64,000 bases of DNA, taken from the NCBI GenBank assembly GCA_021787535.1, contig JAJYLR010000001.1:19648-83647 (forward strand). Reading direction: 5' to 3'. A program made the position numbers and the translations under genes. The notes beneath the pieces were generated by a model. The model saw nothing but the letters and a program-made list of their open reading frames with translations. It was not told the DNA's origin and did no database searches. Numbering within the stretch: position 1 is the stretch's first letter; every line of letters starts with the position of its first letter. Source of the stretch: a bacterium (GTDB taxonomy: Bacteria > Patescibacteriota > CPR2 > UBA1875 > JAJYID01). Shown here piece after piece: positions 19,434 through 27,840 of this stretch.

Positions 19434-19540
19434 ATTGCAGGAGGTGTAGGAAACGCGGGAAATGTTGGAAATGAGAAAACCGACAATTCCAACAAGCGAG
19501 GCGATTCAACAACTCCAACGCATTAAGAAGGAGATAAGCC

Positions 19541-20020
19541 ATGCAAAATGTAAATTTGGCAATCATAATGGGCAACTTAACGAGAGATCCTGAGCTTAGG
19601 TATACTCCTAACGGCCAGCCCGTAGCGTCCTTTGGCGTAGCTACAAACCGTTCTTGGAAAGATGCGAGCGGCGAGAAGAAAGATGAGGTTGAATTTCACG
19701 AGGTTGTTGTTTGGGGCAAACTAGCTGAGCTTTGCAGCCAGTATCTCACCAAGGGCCGCAAAGTCCACGTTATGGGAAGGTTGCAAACCCGAAGTTGGGA
19801 AGGGCAAGATGGAGCAAAAAGGCAGAAAACTGAAATTGTCGCCCAAGATATTGCCTTTGTAGATTCGAGGCGCGATGCCGATTTCTCCACAGGGGAGCCA
19901 CAAGAAGCAGCCGCGAAAGATGCGCCAAAGAAATCAAAGAAAGATAAAAATGCCGAATCCGTCTCCGCAAAAGCTTCGACGGACGAGGAGGAGATAAATA
20001 TTGATGACATACCATTCTAA
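19541..20020 (+). CDS. ssb: Single-stranded DNA-binding protein
   Basis: OB-fold N-terminus NLAIIMGNLTRDPELRYTPNGQPVASFGVATNR, acidic tail ending DDIPF. Confidence 0.95.
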   Translation: MQNVNLAIIMGNLTRDPELRYTPNGQPVASFGVATNRSWKDASGEKKDEVEFHEVVVWGKLAELCSQYLTKGRKVHVMGRLQTRSWEGQDGAKRQKTEIVAQDIAFVDSRRDADFSTGEPQEAAAKDAPKKSKKDKNAESVSAKASTDEEEINIDDIPF

Positions 20021-20246
20021 AGATAAACCGATGCTAAACATTCCCAGAAAAGGATGCAGATTTTGTATTGATAAGGATTTAAAAATTGATTATAAAGACC
20101 CAAAAGGACTGCAGAAATTCATCTCAAGTTATGGGAGAATAGAGTCTAGGAAAAGAACTGGCAACTGCGTAAAGCATCAGAGAAAAGTGGCTTTGGCGGT
20201 TAAACGCGCTAGAATTTTGGCACTTTTACCTTATGTGAATAAATAA
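20001..20246 (+). CDS. rpsR: 30S ribosomal protein S18. The start overlaps the end of ssb; an alternative ATG lies at 20031.
   Basis: CRFC...DYKDPKGLQKFISSYGRIESRKRTGNCVKHQRKVALAVKRAR is the S18 signature. Confidence 0.9.
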   Translation: MMTYHSKDKPMLNIPRKGCRFCIDKDLKIDYKDPKGLQKFISSYGRIESRKRTGNCVKHQRKVALAVKRARILALLPYVNK

Positions 20247-20263
20247 CCTTTTCCTGTCATTCC

Positions 20264-20331
20264 CGCGGAGGCGGGAATCTATATAATAAAAATTCTGGAT
20301 TCCCGCCTCCGCGGGAATGACAATAATGATA
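20264..20331. repeat. Full-length palindromic element, family 2. Its arms are gtcATTCCCGCggagGCGGGAATc and gATTCCCGCctccGCGGGAATgac, and they are exact reverse complements of each other.
   Basis: 68 bp. Each arm is itself a hairpin, so the element can form a cruciform. It abuts the efp start codon. Confidence 0.8.
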
Positions 20332-20891
20332 TGTACGGAATAACTGATCTCAAAGTAGGCACGGTTTTTGAATTTGACAGCGATCCATATGTAGTGCTCG
20401 AATCTCAGCACTCGAAAATGGGCCGCGGCGGTGCAGTCTTGAAATCAAAAATCAAGAACTTGGCGAACGGCGTTATTGTCTCCAAGACCTTTCGCGGCGG
20501 CGAGAAATTTAATCCTGTTAATATCAGCCGCAAGAAAGCTCAGTTTTTGTACTATGAAGGTAAAAAATATTTCTTTATGGATCAGGAAAACTATGAGCAG
20601 CTTTCTCTCGATAAAGATTTTATAGGCAATACTTCGGCATATTTGTTAGAAGGTGAGGTCTATCAGTTACAGCTTTTTGAAGGTCAAGCCATTGCCATTG
20701 ACCTGCCTATCAAAATGGATTTTCTAGTAACAGAGGCCGAGAAAGGATTAAAAGGCGATACAGCTTCCAAAACCACTAAACCGGTTATTATTGAGACAGG
20801 GCTCAAAGTTAATGTGCCTCTTTTTATCAATCAAGGCGACAGAATTATCGTAGATACCAGAGACGGGTCTTATGTAGAAAGGGCAAAATAA
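20331..20891 (+). CDS. efp: Elongation factor P
   Basis: KVGTVFEFDSDPYVVLESQHSKMGRGGAVLKSKIKNL matches EF-P KOW domain I, including a conserved Lys-containing loop. Confidence 0.95.
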   Translation: MYGITDLKVGTVFEFDSDPYVVLESQHSKMGRGGAVLKSKIKNLANGVIVSKTFRGGEKFNPVNISRKKAQFLYYEGKKYFFMDQENYEQLSLDKDFIGNTSAYLLEGEVYQLQLFEGQAIAIDLPIKMDFLVTEAEKGLKGDTASKTTKPVIIETGLKVNVPLFINQGDRIIVDTRDGSYVERAK

Positions 20892-20936
20892 TCTTTGTTA
20901 TTCTATATCGAAGACAGTCATCCCTTTTTAAGAAAT

Positions 20937-20968
20937 ATTTTCTACTTTTTTAGAAAAAGTAGAACAAA
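20937..20968. repeat. Hairpin repeat ttctacttttttagaaaaagtagaa followed by aaaaatccc. A paralogous copy of the hairpin at 3594-3625.
   Basis: Same stem/loop design and the same aaaaatc tail as the copy after nrnA. Confidence 0.5.
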
Positions 20969-21136
20969 AATCCCCGACTAGCACTACAAAATAGATAAAA
21001 CTAATAAAAATTTATCACTCAAAACAGTAATCGCTTTCGCTAAATCCTGCTTTTGTCCTTCGGAACGTTCTAAATTTTTAAGTTTTATTGGCTATTTCTC
21101 CGTGATGTCGGGCAAAATTTCAAATATAATAAAATC

Positions 21137-21952
21137 ATGAAAAAGCGAATTGATATTTTATTGGTTGACAAAGGATTTGCTGGAACCAGAACTAAAGCCC
21201 AAGCTATGCTCATGTCGGGCTCTGTATTTATCGGTGGGCAAAGAGTTGACAAAGTCGGGACTTTGGTTGAAGAAACTGCCGAGGTTGAAATTAGAGAAAA
21301 GTTTCCTTACGTCTCTCGCGGGGCGCTAAAAATAGAAAAAGCTTACGAAGAATTTGATTTGAATTTTCAAGATAAGGTTATTTGTGATATAGGTTCGTCA
21401 ACCGGGGGATTTACCGACTTTGCCTTGCAGCACGGGGCTAAGAAGGTTTTTGCCGTCGATGTCGGATACGGCCAGCTGGACCGGAAACTTCGTGAAGATT
21501 CCCGGGTGGTTGTAATGGAGAAGACCAATTTCCGTGACATCGAATCCCGGGACGATTTTTCTAAACGCGTCATTCTGACTTGTCCAGGATCAAAAAATCA
21601 TGTGAAAAATGCAGATTCCGGTCAAGCCAGAATGACGATTGAAAAAATCGATTATTTCGTCTGCGATGTCTCATTTATTTCCTTAAAGAAGATTATTCCG
21701 CAGATTAAAAAAATCGCCGATTATTCCACTGAGTGCATTTTACTCATAAAGCCACAGTTCGAAGTTGGCAAGGAAATCGCCGACAAAACAAAAGGAGTTA
21801 TTAGAGACGAAGAAATCCAAAGAGCGGTTGTTGAGGATATCGCGAAATTTGCGGAGAGTTCAGGATTTAGAGTGCAAGGAATTACAGATTCACCGATAAC
21901 CGGCGCGAAGGGCAATAAGGAATTTTTATTGTGGTTGGCATTTAATCGATAA
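21137..21952 (+). CDS. tlyA: TlyA family rRNA 2'-O-methyltransferase (S4 domain plus FtsJ-like MTase), carrying an in-frame palindromic-element insertion
   Basis: S4 domain N-terminus, SAM motif VICDIGSSTGGFTDFA, and CDVSFISL. A 26-aa inserted segment sits between the SAM fold and DVSFISL. Confidence 0.85.
   Translation: MKKRIDILLVDKGFAGTRTKAQAMLMSGSVFIGGQRVDKVGTLVEETAEVEIREKFPYVSRGALKIEKAYEEFDLNFQDKVICDIGSSTGGFTDFALQHGAKKVFAVDVGYGQLDRKLREDSRVVVMEKTNFRDIESRDDFSKRVILTCPGSKNHVKNADSGQARMTIEKIDYFVCDVSFISLKKIIPQIKKIADYSTECILLIKPQFEVGKEIADKTKGVIRDEEIQRAVVEDIAKFAESSGFRVQGITDSPITGAKGNKEFLLWLAFNR
21568..21637. repeat. Intragenic composite palindromic element (family 1) inserted in-frame in tlyA. It encodes ...[23 protein letters not shown]...
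   Basis: cgtcattctgac...gattccgg-tcaag-ccagaatgacg. Outer 10-nt inverted termini. The 23-nt core matches copies at 26612, 38515 and 23600. Confidence 0.8.
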
Positions 21953-22388
21953 AATCAGGTATTGATTCGATGATATTATTATTCCTAATTTCTATGATTA
22001 GTTTCTTTTTGGGAGCTATTTTTATGCCATGGGTGTTTTTAACATCAAATTTAGAAATTATTTCACCGCTCAGCTTAGCCGAGATTTCTTTAAGATCAGA
22101 TGTGCTATATGCGATATGTTCAACAAATGTCTTTTTAATCAACTCATTTGGGTTTGGCTCTGAAATTTCGAGTAAAAAATCTTCTAGCGCGCCGGTCAAG
22201 ATATGCTTATCGTGAAAAAAGACTTCATTATAAATCTTTCCTCTTGTCTCAACCTCTTCTTTTAGCTTTCGGTAATCTGATTTTGTTGCTTTAATTCCAT
22301 AATGGTCAAATTGTATGCTGAAACCAACTTTTTCCATATATTCGTCAGCCAACTTCTTTTTCTCTAGCAGTAAGCTTTCTCTAATCAT
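21942..22388 (-). CDS. Hypothetical protein
   Basis: ORF with an ATG start. No confident family. Confidence 0.4.
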   Translation of the reverse strand: MIRESLLLEKKKLADEYMEKVGFSIQFDHYGIKATKSDYRKLKEEVETRGKIYNEVFFHDKHILTGALEDFLLEISEPNPNELIKKTFVEHIAYSTSDLKEISAKLSGEIISKFDVKNTHGIKIAPKKKLIIEIRNNNIIESIPDFID

Positions 22389-22403
22389 AGGTGTTCCTTA
22401 AAC

Positions 22404-22490
22404 ATTAAACTTCAAGACCATGGCGCCGCCGTCTTTCACAACATAATCTTTTCCTTCGAGGCGGACTTTGCCGGCCGCTTTAATGTCTTT
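22404..22490 (-). pseudogene. Duplicated, slightly degenerate copy of the ychF 3' end (last ~29 codons, [30 protein letters not shown])
   Basis: About 75/85 nt identical to 23205-23289 (the true ychF C-terminus). In frame, with its own stop. Confidence 0.75.
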
Positions 22491-22498
22491 CTTTACAA

Positions 22499-23089
22499 TT
22501 AATCCTGAGACACTCCAGAGATTTCTTGCGCTTTCTTAATAATAAACCGGAGGAAGGCGATAAAGAGTGCAAAAAGACCGCCTTTTTCTTTGCTTTCTAT
22601 TTGTTTTTTGACTGCCTCGGGGCTGCCGTTTGCCATGAACTGAATAAGTTCGGCCATAGCTTCATTTTGAGCTATTTGGGATTCGATTAATGCGAGAATC
22701 TCTTCACGCTGGTTTGCGGCGATGTTATCAAAATTTTCCTGAAGTTGCGCGTCGATTTTCCCTAGCATTTCGCTAAATCCTTCAGATGTTAATTCTGTAC
22801 TTTCAATTGCTTCCGTGGGCTCATCAGTGTCATCAGTTTCTATTCCCAGCTGCTGACGCAGTTTATTTATTTCGGCTAATTCTTCCGGTGGGGATTCTGC
22901 CTCGGCTCGCTGTTCTTGGTCTGTCTGCCCCTCTTTTGTTGTCTCAGTTAATTCTTCCGGCGAAAGTTCTTGTAAATTATCAGGTTTATCTACTGTACCT
23001 TCGGGGCCTTCCGATACTGTTTCACTTAGTTCTGGTTGAGGTTGTGCCATTTCCCCGGAGTCAGGAAACTGTGGTATTTCTTCATTCAT
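22499..23089 (-). CDS. Hypothetical highly acidic protein (D/E/Q/T-rich N-terminal ~150 aa) with a C-terminal hydrophobic helix
   Basis: Compositional features only. Lies between ychF and the duplicated ychF 3' fragment. Confidence 0.5.
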   Translation of the reverse strand: MNEEIPQFPDSGEMAQPQPELSETVSEGPEGTVDKPDNLQELSPEELTETTKEGQTDQEQRAEAESPPEELAEINKLRQQLGIETDDTDEPTEAIESTELTSEGFSEMLGKIDAQLQENFDNIAANQREEILALIESQIAQNEAMAELIQFMANGSPEAVKKQIESKEKGGLFALFIAFLRFIIKKAQEISGVSQD

Positions 23090-23193
23090 GCTGCCATTCC
23101 TTTTTTATTTGAACTTATAATACACCCTATAAATATCTTAACACAAGTCCCAGATTCTCTAGAATTCATTGCCAATAGCGGATTTTTTCTCTA

Positions 23194-24348
23194 TCATACA
23201 TTAAACTTAAAAATCATCACATCGCCGTCTTTCACAACATAATCTTTCCCTTCGAGGCGGACTTTGCCGGCCGCTTTGGCGCCTGACCATCCTTTATTTT
23301 CTACCAAATCTTTCCAATCCACAGTCTCGGCTTTGATGAAGCCCTTTTCAAAATCGGTATGAATGATGCCGGCGGCTTGAGGCGCCTTATCCCCTTTGTG
23401 AATTGTCCATGCTTTAATCTCTTTCTCTCCTGCTGTAAAGTAAGTTTTGAGTCCGAGCAGATCATATCCTTTCTTGATTAACCGATTTAATCCCGTCTCG
23501 GATTGTCCGAGCTCTGCCAAATATTCTTTCTTTTCTTCTTCGGAAAGCTCATTGAGCTCAGACTCGATTTTTGCCGAAATAATAACATAATCTTTCTCCG
23601 TCATTCTGGCTTGACCAGAATCTGTCATTTTTGAATTTTTTTCATTAGGATTTGATTGGAAATTGCCTGCTTGCCTGCGAGGCAGGGAAATTGGAAATTG
23701 AAAATTCTTTGTGAGGTGTTCTTCATCGACATTAAATATGTAAATATGAGGTTTCAAGGTAAGCAAGTTTAGATCCTTAATATGCCCGATTTCTTTTTCT
23801 GTGAGACCCAGTTCGCGAGCAGTTTTTCCTTTCTCGAGTTCGGTCTGAATTTTTTGGACTAAAGCTAAGGTTTCCTTAAGTTTTGGATCACCTTTTATAT
23901 CTTTCGTTAATTTTGCAGTCCTTTTCCCTGCCGTTTCGAGATCGGCCAGGATAAGCTCCATCTTGATGGTCTCCATGTCGGATGTCGGGTTTATTTCTCC
24001 GGTGACGTGGGTAATATTGGCGTCGGTAAATACGCGCACCACCTCGGCGATGGCGTCGCACTGCCGGATATTGGCCAGGAATTTATTGCCGAGCCCTTCC
24101 CCTTCCGCCGCTCCTTTGACTATCCCGGCAATATCTACGAACTCCACGATGGCCGGAACGATTTTTTGGGTCGGAATGACCCCAGCCATTTTCGTGAGCC
24201 GCTCATCCGGCACCTCGACGATTCCAACATTGGGATCAATGGTGCAAAACGGGTAATTCGAAGCTTCAGCTTTATTCTGCGTCAAAGCGTTAAAAAGCGT
24301 GCTTTTGCCAACGTTTGGCAGTCCGACTATTCCGATAGATAAACCCAT
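23194..24348 (-). CDS. ychF: Ribosome-binding ATPase YchF (Obg-family GTPase), carrying an in-frame palindromic-element insertion. The annotated start is the internal [20 protein letters not shown]; the longer ORF to 24534 is probably not translated.
   Basis: G1 [22 protein letters not shown]-terminal TGS domain ...[19 protein letters not shown] ~38-aa insert ([38 protein letters not shown]) precedes the helical domain. Confidence 0.85.
   Translation of the reverse strand: MGLSIGIVGLPNVGKSTLFNALTQNKAEASNYPFCTIDPNVGIVEVPDERLTKMAGVIPTQKIVPAIVEFVDIAGIVKGAAEGEGLGNKFLANIRQCDAIAEVVRVFTDANITHVTGEINPTSDMETIKMELILADLETAGKRTAKLTKDIKGDPKLKETLALVQKIQTELEKGKTARELGLTEKEIGHIKDLNLLTLKPHIYIFNVDEEHLTKNFQFPISLPRRQAGNFQSNPNEKNSKMTDSGQARMTEKDYVIISAKIESELNELSEEEKKEYLAELGQSETGLNRLIKKGYDLLGLKTYFTAGEKEIKAWTIHKGDKAPQAAGIIHTDFEKGFIKAETVDWKDLVENKGWSGAKAAGKVRLEGKDYVVKDGDVMIFKFNV
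23594..23712. repeat. Intragenic palindromic element (family 1 core plus a second imperfect palindrome) inserted in-frame in ychF
   Basis: gtcattctggcttgaccagaatc is the family-1 core in reverse orientation. It is followed by cctgcttgcctgcgaggcagg, an imperfect palindrome. Confidence 0.75.
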
Positions 24349-24409
24349 GAATTCCTTAATTAGTTTACCAATTTTATCATAAATTCTCGTCTTTTTTAAG
24401 CAAAAACCT

Positions 24410-24438
24410 TTGCCAAAGTCATTATGTTGGTATATAAT
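24410..24438 (+). promoter_or_regulatory. Sigma70-type promoter TTGCCA-N17-TATAAT upstream of the 24547 gene. A divergent ychF promoter probably lies in the same intergenic region.
   Basis: Good hexamers with a 17-nt spacer. Confidence 0.5.
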
Positions 24439-24546
24439 GGTTTCGCAAGGATACCTTTTGTAGGCGTTCTTTTTTAACTCAATCTTTCTTTCCATCCTTA
24501 ATTTACGGATGTCAGTTTTGGCAAATGAAACCACTAGGAGTCGAAG

Positions 24547-25281
24547 ATGAAGAAACGGATTTTGACAGGAGTACTGTGTGTGATGTTGGCGACGATTATG
24601 ATTGCTGTTTTAGCAAACAATGCAAGCGCCGGCGGCGGTCCGATGCAGGGATGCTATATCTCTACGTGGCCGCCCGTGCTTCAGGGGAATCCGGGCGACA
24701 CCATAGCATTCGAAGCTTATGTGGGGGCGTGTCCGGCAACACTCACGATCAACTGGAGCGATACTGATCCTGCTAACGACGAAACAATCCAGCTTAACCA
24801 AACAAACGGTGTTTACTGGGAGACACTGGACGTTCCATCCGGGATTACAAATGATACAGTTTACCAGTTAAGCGCCACAGCTTCTCAGTATGGTCTGCCG
24901 TCATATCAGACTACGATTCCAGTAGCGGTTGGCAATCCGCCAGTTTATTCCCTTGAGCTGTCTTTGTCACTTGATAGAGCATACTGGGGCAGTTACGCGG
25001 CATATCAGAATAGAACGCTATCGATAGATTACTCGATTGCTAACGTCGGATCGAACGACGCATATGAAGTCAGTCTAACGACTGATGCGACAAACGGCGT
25101 TGTTCCGTTGACGCCTTCCTGGATGCTTACGGATAAAATAGAAGCCGGCAAAAGCTATGCTTTCACCATGGATTTCACCGTTCCCGAAGGCGTAACTTTC
25201 TTCCGCAGCATGCATGCTGCTACAGCGGAAGATGCGGGAGCTAACTGGCACAGTTTCGGCAGCTTGCCGCCGGGATCATAA
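24547..25281 (+). CDS. Hypothetical secreted/membrane-anchored protein (N-terminal signal/TM, beta-rich)
   Basis: N-terminus MKKRILTGVLCVMLATIMIAVLANNASA. No family recognised. Confidence 0.5.
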   Translation: MKKRILTGVLCVMLATIMIAVLANNASAGGGPMQGCYISTWPPVLQGNPGDTIAFEAYVGACPATLTINWSDTDPANDETIQLNQTNGVYWETLDVPSGITNDTVYQLSATASQYGLPSYQTTIPVAVGNPPVYSLELSLSLDRAYWGSYAAYQNRTLSIDYSIANVGSNDAYEVSLTTDATNGVVPLTPSWMLTDKIEAGKSYAFTMDFTVPEGVTFFRSMHAATAEDAGANWHSFGSLPPGS

Positions 25282-25395
25282 ATAGATTGTGAAAGAAGAG
25301 TAGAATCAGGGCTCCTTACAAGGAGCCCTTAATCTTAATAACAATAATAAAGAACTTCTATACTTTTAATTTAATTTAAAAGTAACCCCTTATAC

Positions 25396-25502
25396 CTCTT
25401 GTCATTCCGAGCGACTCTCCGCACTTAAATTCTTAAGTGCGGGGTAAGCCGAGGAATCTTTTGCCGTGACTGGATTCCCGCCTTCGCGGGAATGACAGCG
25501 TG
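25396..25502. repeat. Composite cluster of palindromic elements: a gtcattccgagcg... arm, an internal ccgcacttaa/ttaagtgcgg hairpin, and a family-2 hairpin gattcccgccttcgcgggaatgac
   Basis: GTCATTC and GAATGAC termini plus an ATTCCCGC-N4-GCGGGAAT hairpin identical in design to 20306-20331. Confidence 0.7.
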
Positions 25503-25669
25503 AGAGATTGAAAACCTTGTAATAAATATGTTTATGTTATATAATATCTGCTATGGAGGGATCCCTAAGCATTAGGGTGTTCCTTTTAAATTTCTTTATT
25601 CTGAGAAGCCGGCTTAATGCTTCTTTGGGGTTATAAATCTTCTTCATTTAAATCAGAGAAAGGAGAATC

Positions 25670-26404
25670 ATGAGGAAGATAAGAAAACATCAGATGTGGG
25701 GAATCGGAATGCTGATCGCGGCGATCATTCTCGCAATCAGCATTGGCAGCGGTTTAGCGGTCGCCGCCAAAGGGGGACCGACAGCCGCAACCGTGGCTTA
25801 CGGTAGTTCGGGAACGACCACGACTGCCACAGGAGGTTCGGGGATATCTACAAGCGGCAGCGGTTCGGGTACCTCAACCGGTGGCAGTAGTACAGGGTCG
25901 TGCGGAGTGGTCACATTTACTACTCCGACGACGATGACGGTTGCGCCGGGAGCAAAAGTAACCATTTCCGGAAGCTATAACGGAAATCCTCCATTGCTCA
26001 ATATGGAATCCTCAAACTGGCCTCCGTACACTTCAGGTTCTTCGGTGAATCCGGTCGATCCATTCAGCGTTACGCTGACGGCGCCAACAACCCCAGGAAG
26101 TTACGAGATACACTTCTGGGGAGGGTCATCGTATGGCAGTACCTGTACTCACTATCAGGTCAATGTGACTGTGCAGAATCAGACGCCTACTACGCTGGTG
26201 ACAAATCCTGGAAACTCTGGCAATAACAGCGGTTCTAACCAGCAACCGGCACCCGTTACTCCATCAAGCCAGCCAGTGCAATCCGCACCTACAGCGGCAA
26301 AAATGCCGGTAACTGGTGTGGACCCCGCGATTCCTCTTGCAGGATTGGGGCTTTCCGGTTTGGGGATGGGAACTTTCGTGTCGCGGTTGCGCAAGCGTAA
26401 ATAA
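25670..26404 (+). CDS. Gly/Ser/Thr-rich surface protein with a sortase-type C-terminal sorting signal (MPVTG, then a hydrophobic stretch, then RLRKRK)
   Basis: Signal peptide. Low-complexity G/S/T region. C-terminus KMPVTGVDPAIPLAGLGLSGLGMGTFVSRLRKRK resembles an LPXTG-class anchor. Confidence 0.6.
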   Translation: MRKIRKHQMWGIGMLIAAIILAISIGSGLAVAAKGGPTAATVAYGSSGTTTTATGGSGISTSGSGSGTSTGGSSTGSCGVVTFTTPTTMTVAPGAKVTISGSYNGNPPLLNMESSNWPPYTSGSSVNPVDPFSVTLTAPTTPGSYEIHFWGGSSYGSTCTHYQVNVTVQNQTPTTLVTNPGNSGNNSGSNQQPAPVTPSSQPVQSAPTAAKMPVTGVDPAIPLAGLGLSGLGMGTFVSRLRKRK

Positions 26405-26560
26405 CATAGTTGCGTTTAGCGTTAAAGCGCCAAAGGGCGTAGAGACTAGTCTCTACGCCCTTTAAACTTTTGAGTTCAGCAACTTTGGTCTAATGAGTGA
26501 TTTGTTGCTAATCATTTTAATAAACAAAGAGACCGTCAAAACTAGTTTAATTTGTCATTC

Positions 26561-26634
26561 TGGCGACGACAGGAGGCCAGAATCTCATGGTTTTAAACAC
26601 AATAATTGATTCTGGGCAAGCCAGAATGACATCC
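26561..26634. repeat. Full-length family-1 palindromic element: reverse-orientation core (gtcattctggcgacgacaggaggccagaatc), a 20-nt spacer, then forward core (gattctgggcaagccagaatgac)
   Basis: The forward core is identical 23/23 to the intragenic pilD copy at 38515-38537. Confidence 0.8.
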
Positions 26635-26668
26635 CAAAAATGATTTTCAACAGTCTCAAAGAAAAAAC

Positions 26669-26699
26669 TTGACATGAGTTATGCTGGTAGTGTTATACT
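26669..26699 (+). promoter_or_regulatory. Sigma70-type promoter (TTGACA, then TATACT with an 18-19-nt spacer)
   Basis: Consensus hexamers. They overlap the first ATG of the ORF-track call, which argues for the downstream start at 26728. Confidence 0.5.
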
Positions 26700-26727
26700 T
26701 ATGTTATCTATTATTTTTCGGGGGGTT

Positions 26728-27840
26728 ATGGCCGAAGTTTACAACGAAAATCAAGAAAAAAAAGCACTGAATAAAAAGACTGTTATTCTAATTGCAGCGG
26801 CTGTTTTAGCAGTCTTGGTTTTGGCAGTTGGAGGATTCTTCGGCTATCGCGCGTATAAAAAGACCAAAGTTGCTTCTGTTACGGATCCGAATGTAGTAGC
26901 TACAATTAACGGTGAAAACATATATCTTAAAGATTTCAAGGCGCGCCTTTTTGCAGCAGAGGGGGGGATAGGCACGCCTGTTCAACCTTTTATCGGCAAA
27001 TCCACAAAAGGTATCGAAGAATCGGTATTAAATGATTTAGTAGATTTGAAAATCATTGATAAACAGCTTGCCAAGGATAATATTGTTATTTCTGACTCTG
27101 AACTGGCAGCAGAAGCCAAAAAGATTTTTAAAGATTATGATCAGCGAGATGCCATTGCCCAGAAAGCTTACAGAGATTACGTAAGCTTGCAGGCAGGCAA
27201 AAATAAGTTAATCACAAATGACACAAGCTGGAAAGAAGGATATGTTCTATTCTGTCTTTTCAATCGTTCTCAAATGAGCGATAAAATTAGCCAGCCGAAT
27301 AATGCGCAAATGTTTGCCCAAGATAAAGATTATGCCAAGGATTATTGTACGAAAGCAGAGGATCGTTTAAAAGCCGGCCAATCGAGTTTTCAGGATGAGC
27401 TTGCTAAAGTGACGGCCGATCCTCGGCTTGGTGAATCTGCTTGGAAGCCGGAGGTTATGTCTTACGGGCTGGAAATCAATCAGGACACTCTTTTACACGA
27501 TCCTGCTCCTGAATATGACTTAAGGAATGTTCTTTTTTCACTGAGTAATGACAGTAATAAATTTTATCTTTTGACTCTCAAAGAACACGTATCAAAGACC
27601 AGCACTTTTAATGACGGCGGCGTTAAGCTGAGTGAGCCGACAGGTAATCAAAATACCACAGGCCGCGTGTCTCAAAAACCAAATTCTTCACAGCAAAGCC
27701 AAGGTGGTCAAGACATTTCTTATGCTGTAGCTTATGTTAAAGATGGACATACTGGCGAGATAAAGGACTTTAACGAATGGCTCAAAAATAAATACCAGGA
27801 ATATCATGTCAAGCTTTACATTGAAAGGGTGAGATTATGA
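26728..27840 (+). CDS. Membrane-anchored SurA/PrsA N-terminal-domain-like chaperone protein. Start moved to the ATG after a GGGGGG RBS.
   Basis: TM anchor, then VATINGENIYLKDFKARL (SurA_N-like). No clear PPIase domain. Confidence 0.45.
   Translation: MAEVYNENQEKKALNKKTVILIAAAVLAVLVLAVGGFFGYRAYKKTKVASVTDPNVVATINGENIYLKDFKARLFAAEGGIGTPVQPFIGKSTKGIEESVLNDLVDLKIIDKQLAKDNIVISDSELAAEAKKIFKDYDQRDAIAQKAYRDYVSLQAGKNKLITNDTSWKEGYVLFCLFNRSQMSDKISQPNNAQMFAQDKDYAKDYCTKAEDRLKAGQSSFQDELAKVTADPRLGESAWKPEVMSYGLEINQDTLLHDPAPEYDLRNVLFSLSNDSNKFYLLTLKEHVSKTSTFNDGGVKLSEPTGNQNTTGRVSQKPNSSQQSQGGQDISYAVAYVKDGHTGEIKDFNEWLKNKYQEYHVKLYIERVRL

Noticed and set aside
19089-19495. Minus-strand ORFs across the rpsF tail
   Set aside because: They are produced by the AAG/GAA-rich low-complexity sequence that encodes the K/E tail of S6.
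20264-20331. Resemblance of ATTCCC-N8-GGGAAT hairpins to Neisseria dRS3 repeats
   Set aside because: The match rests only on the generic palindrome shape. Genome composition and gene content are unrelated to Neisseria, so it is treated as coincidence.
24349-24534. N-terminal 62-aa extension of the ychF ORF
   Set aside because: The conserved YchF N-terminus ([17 protein letters not shown]) starts at the internal ATG at 24348. The extension overlaps the divergent promoter region.
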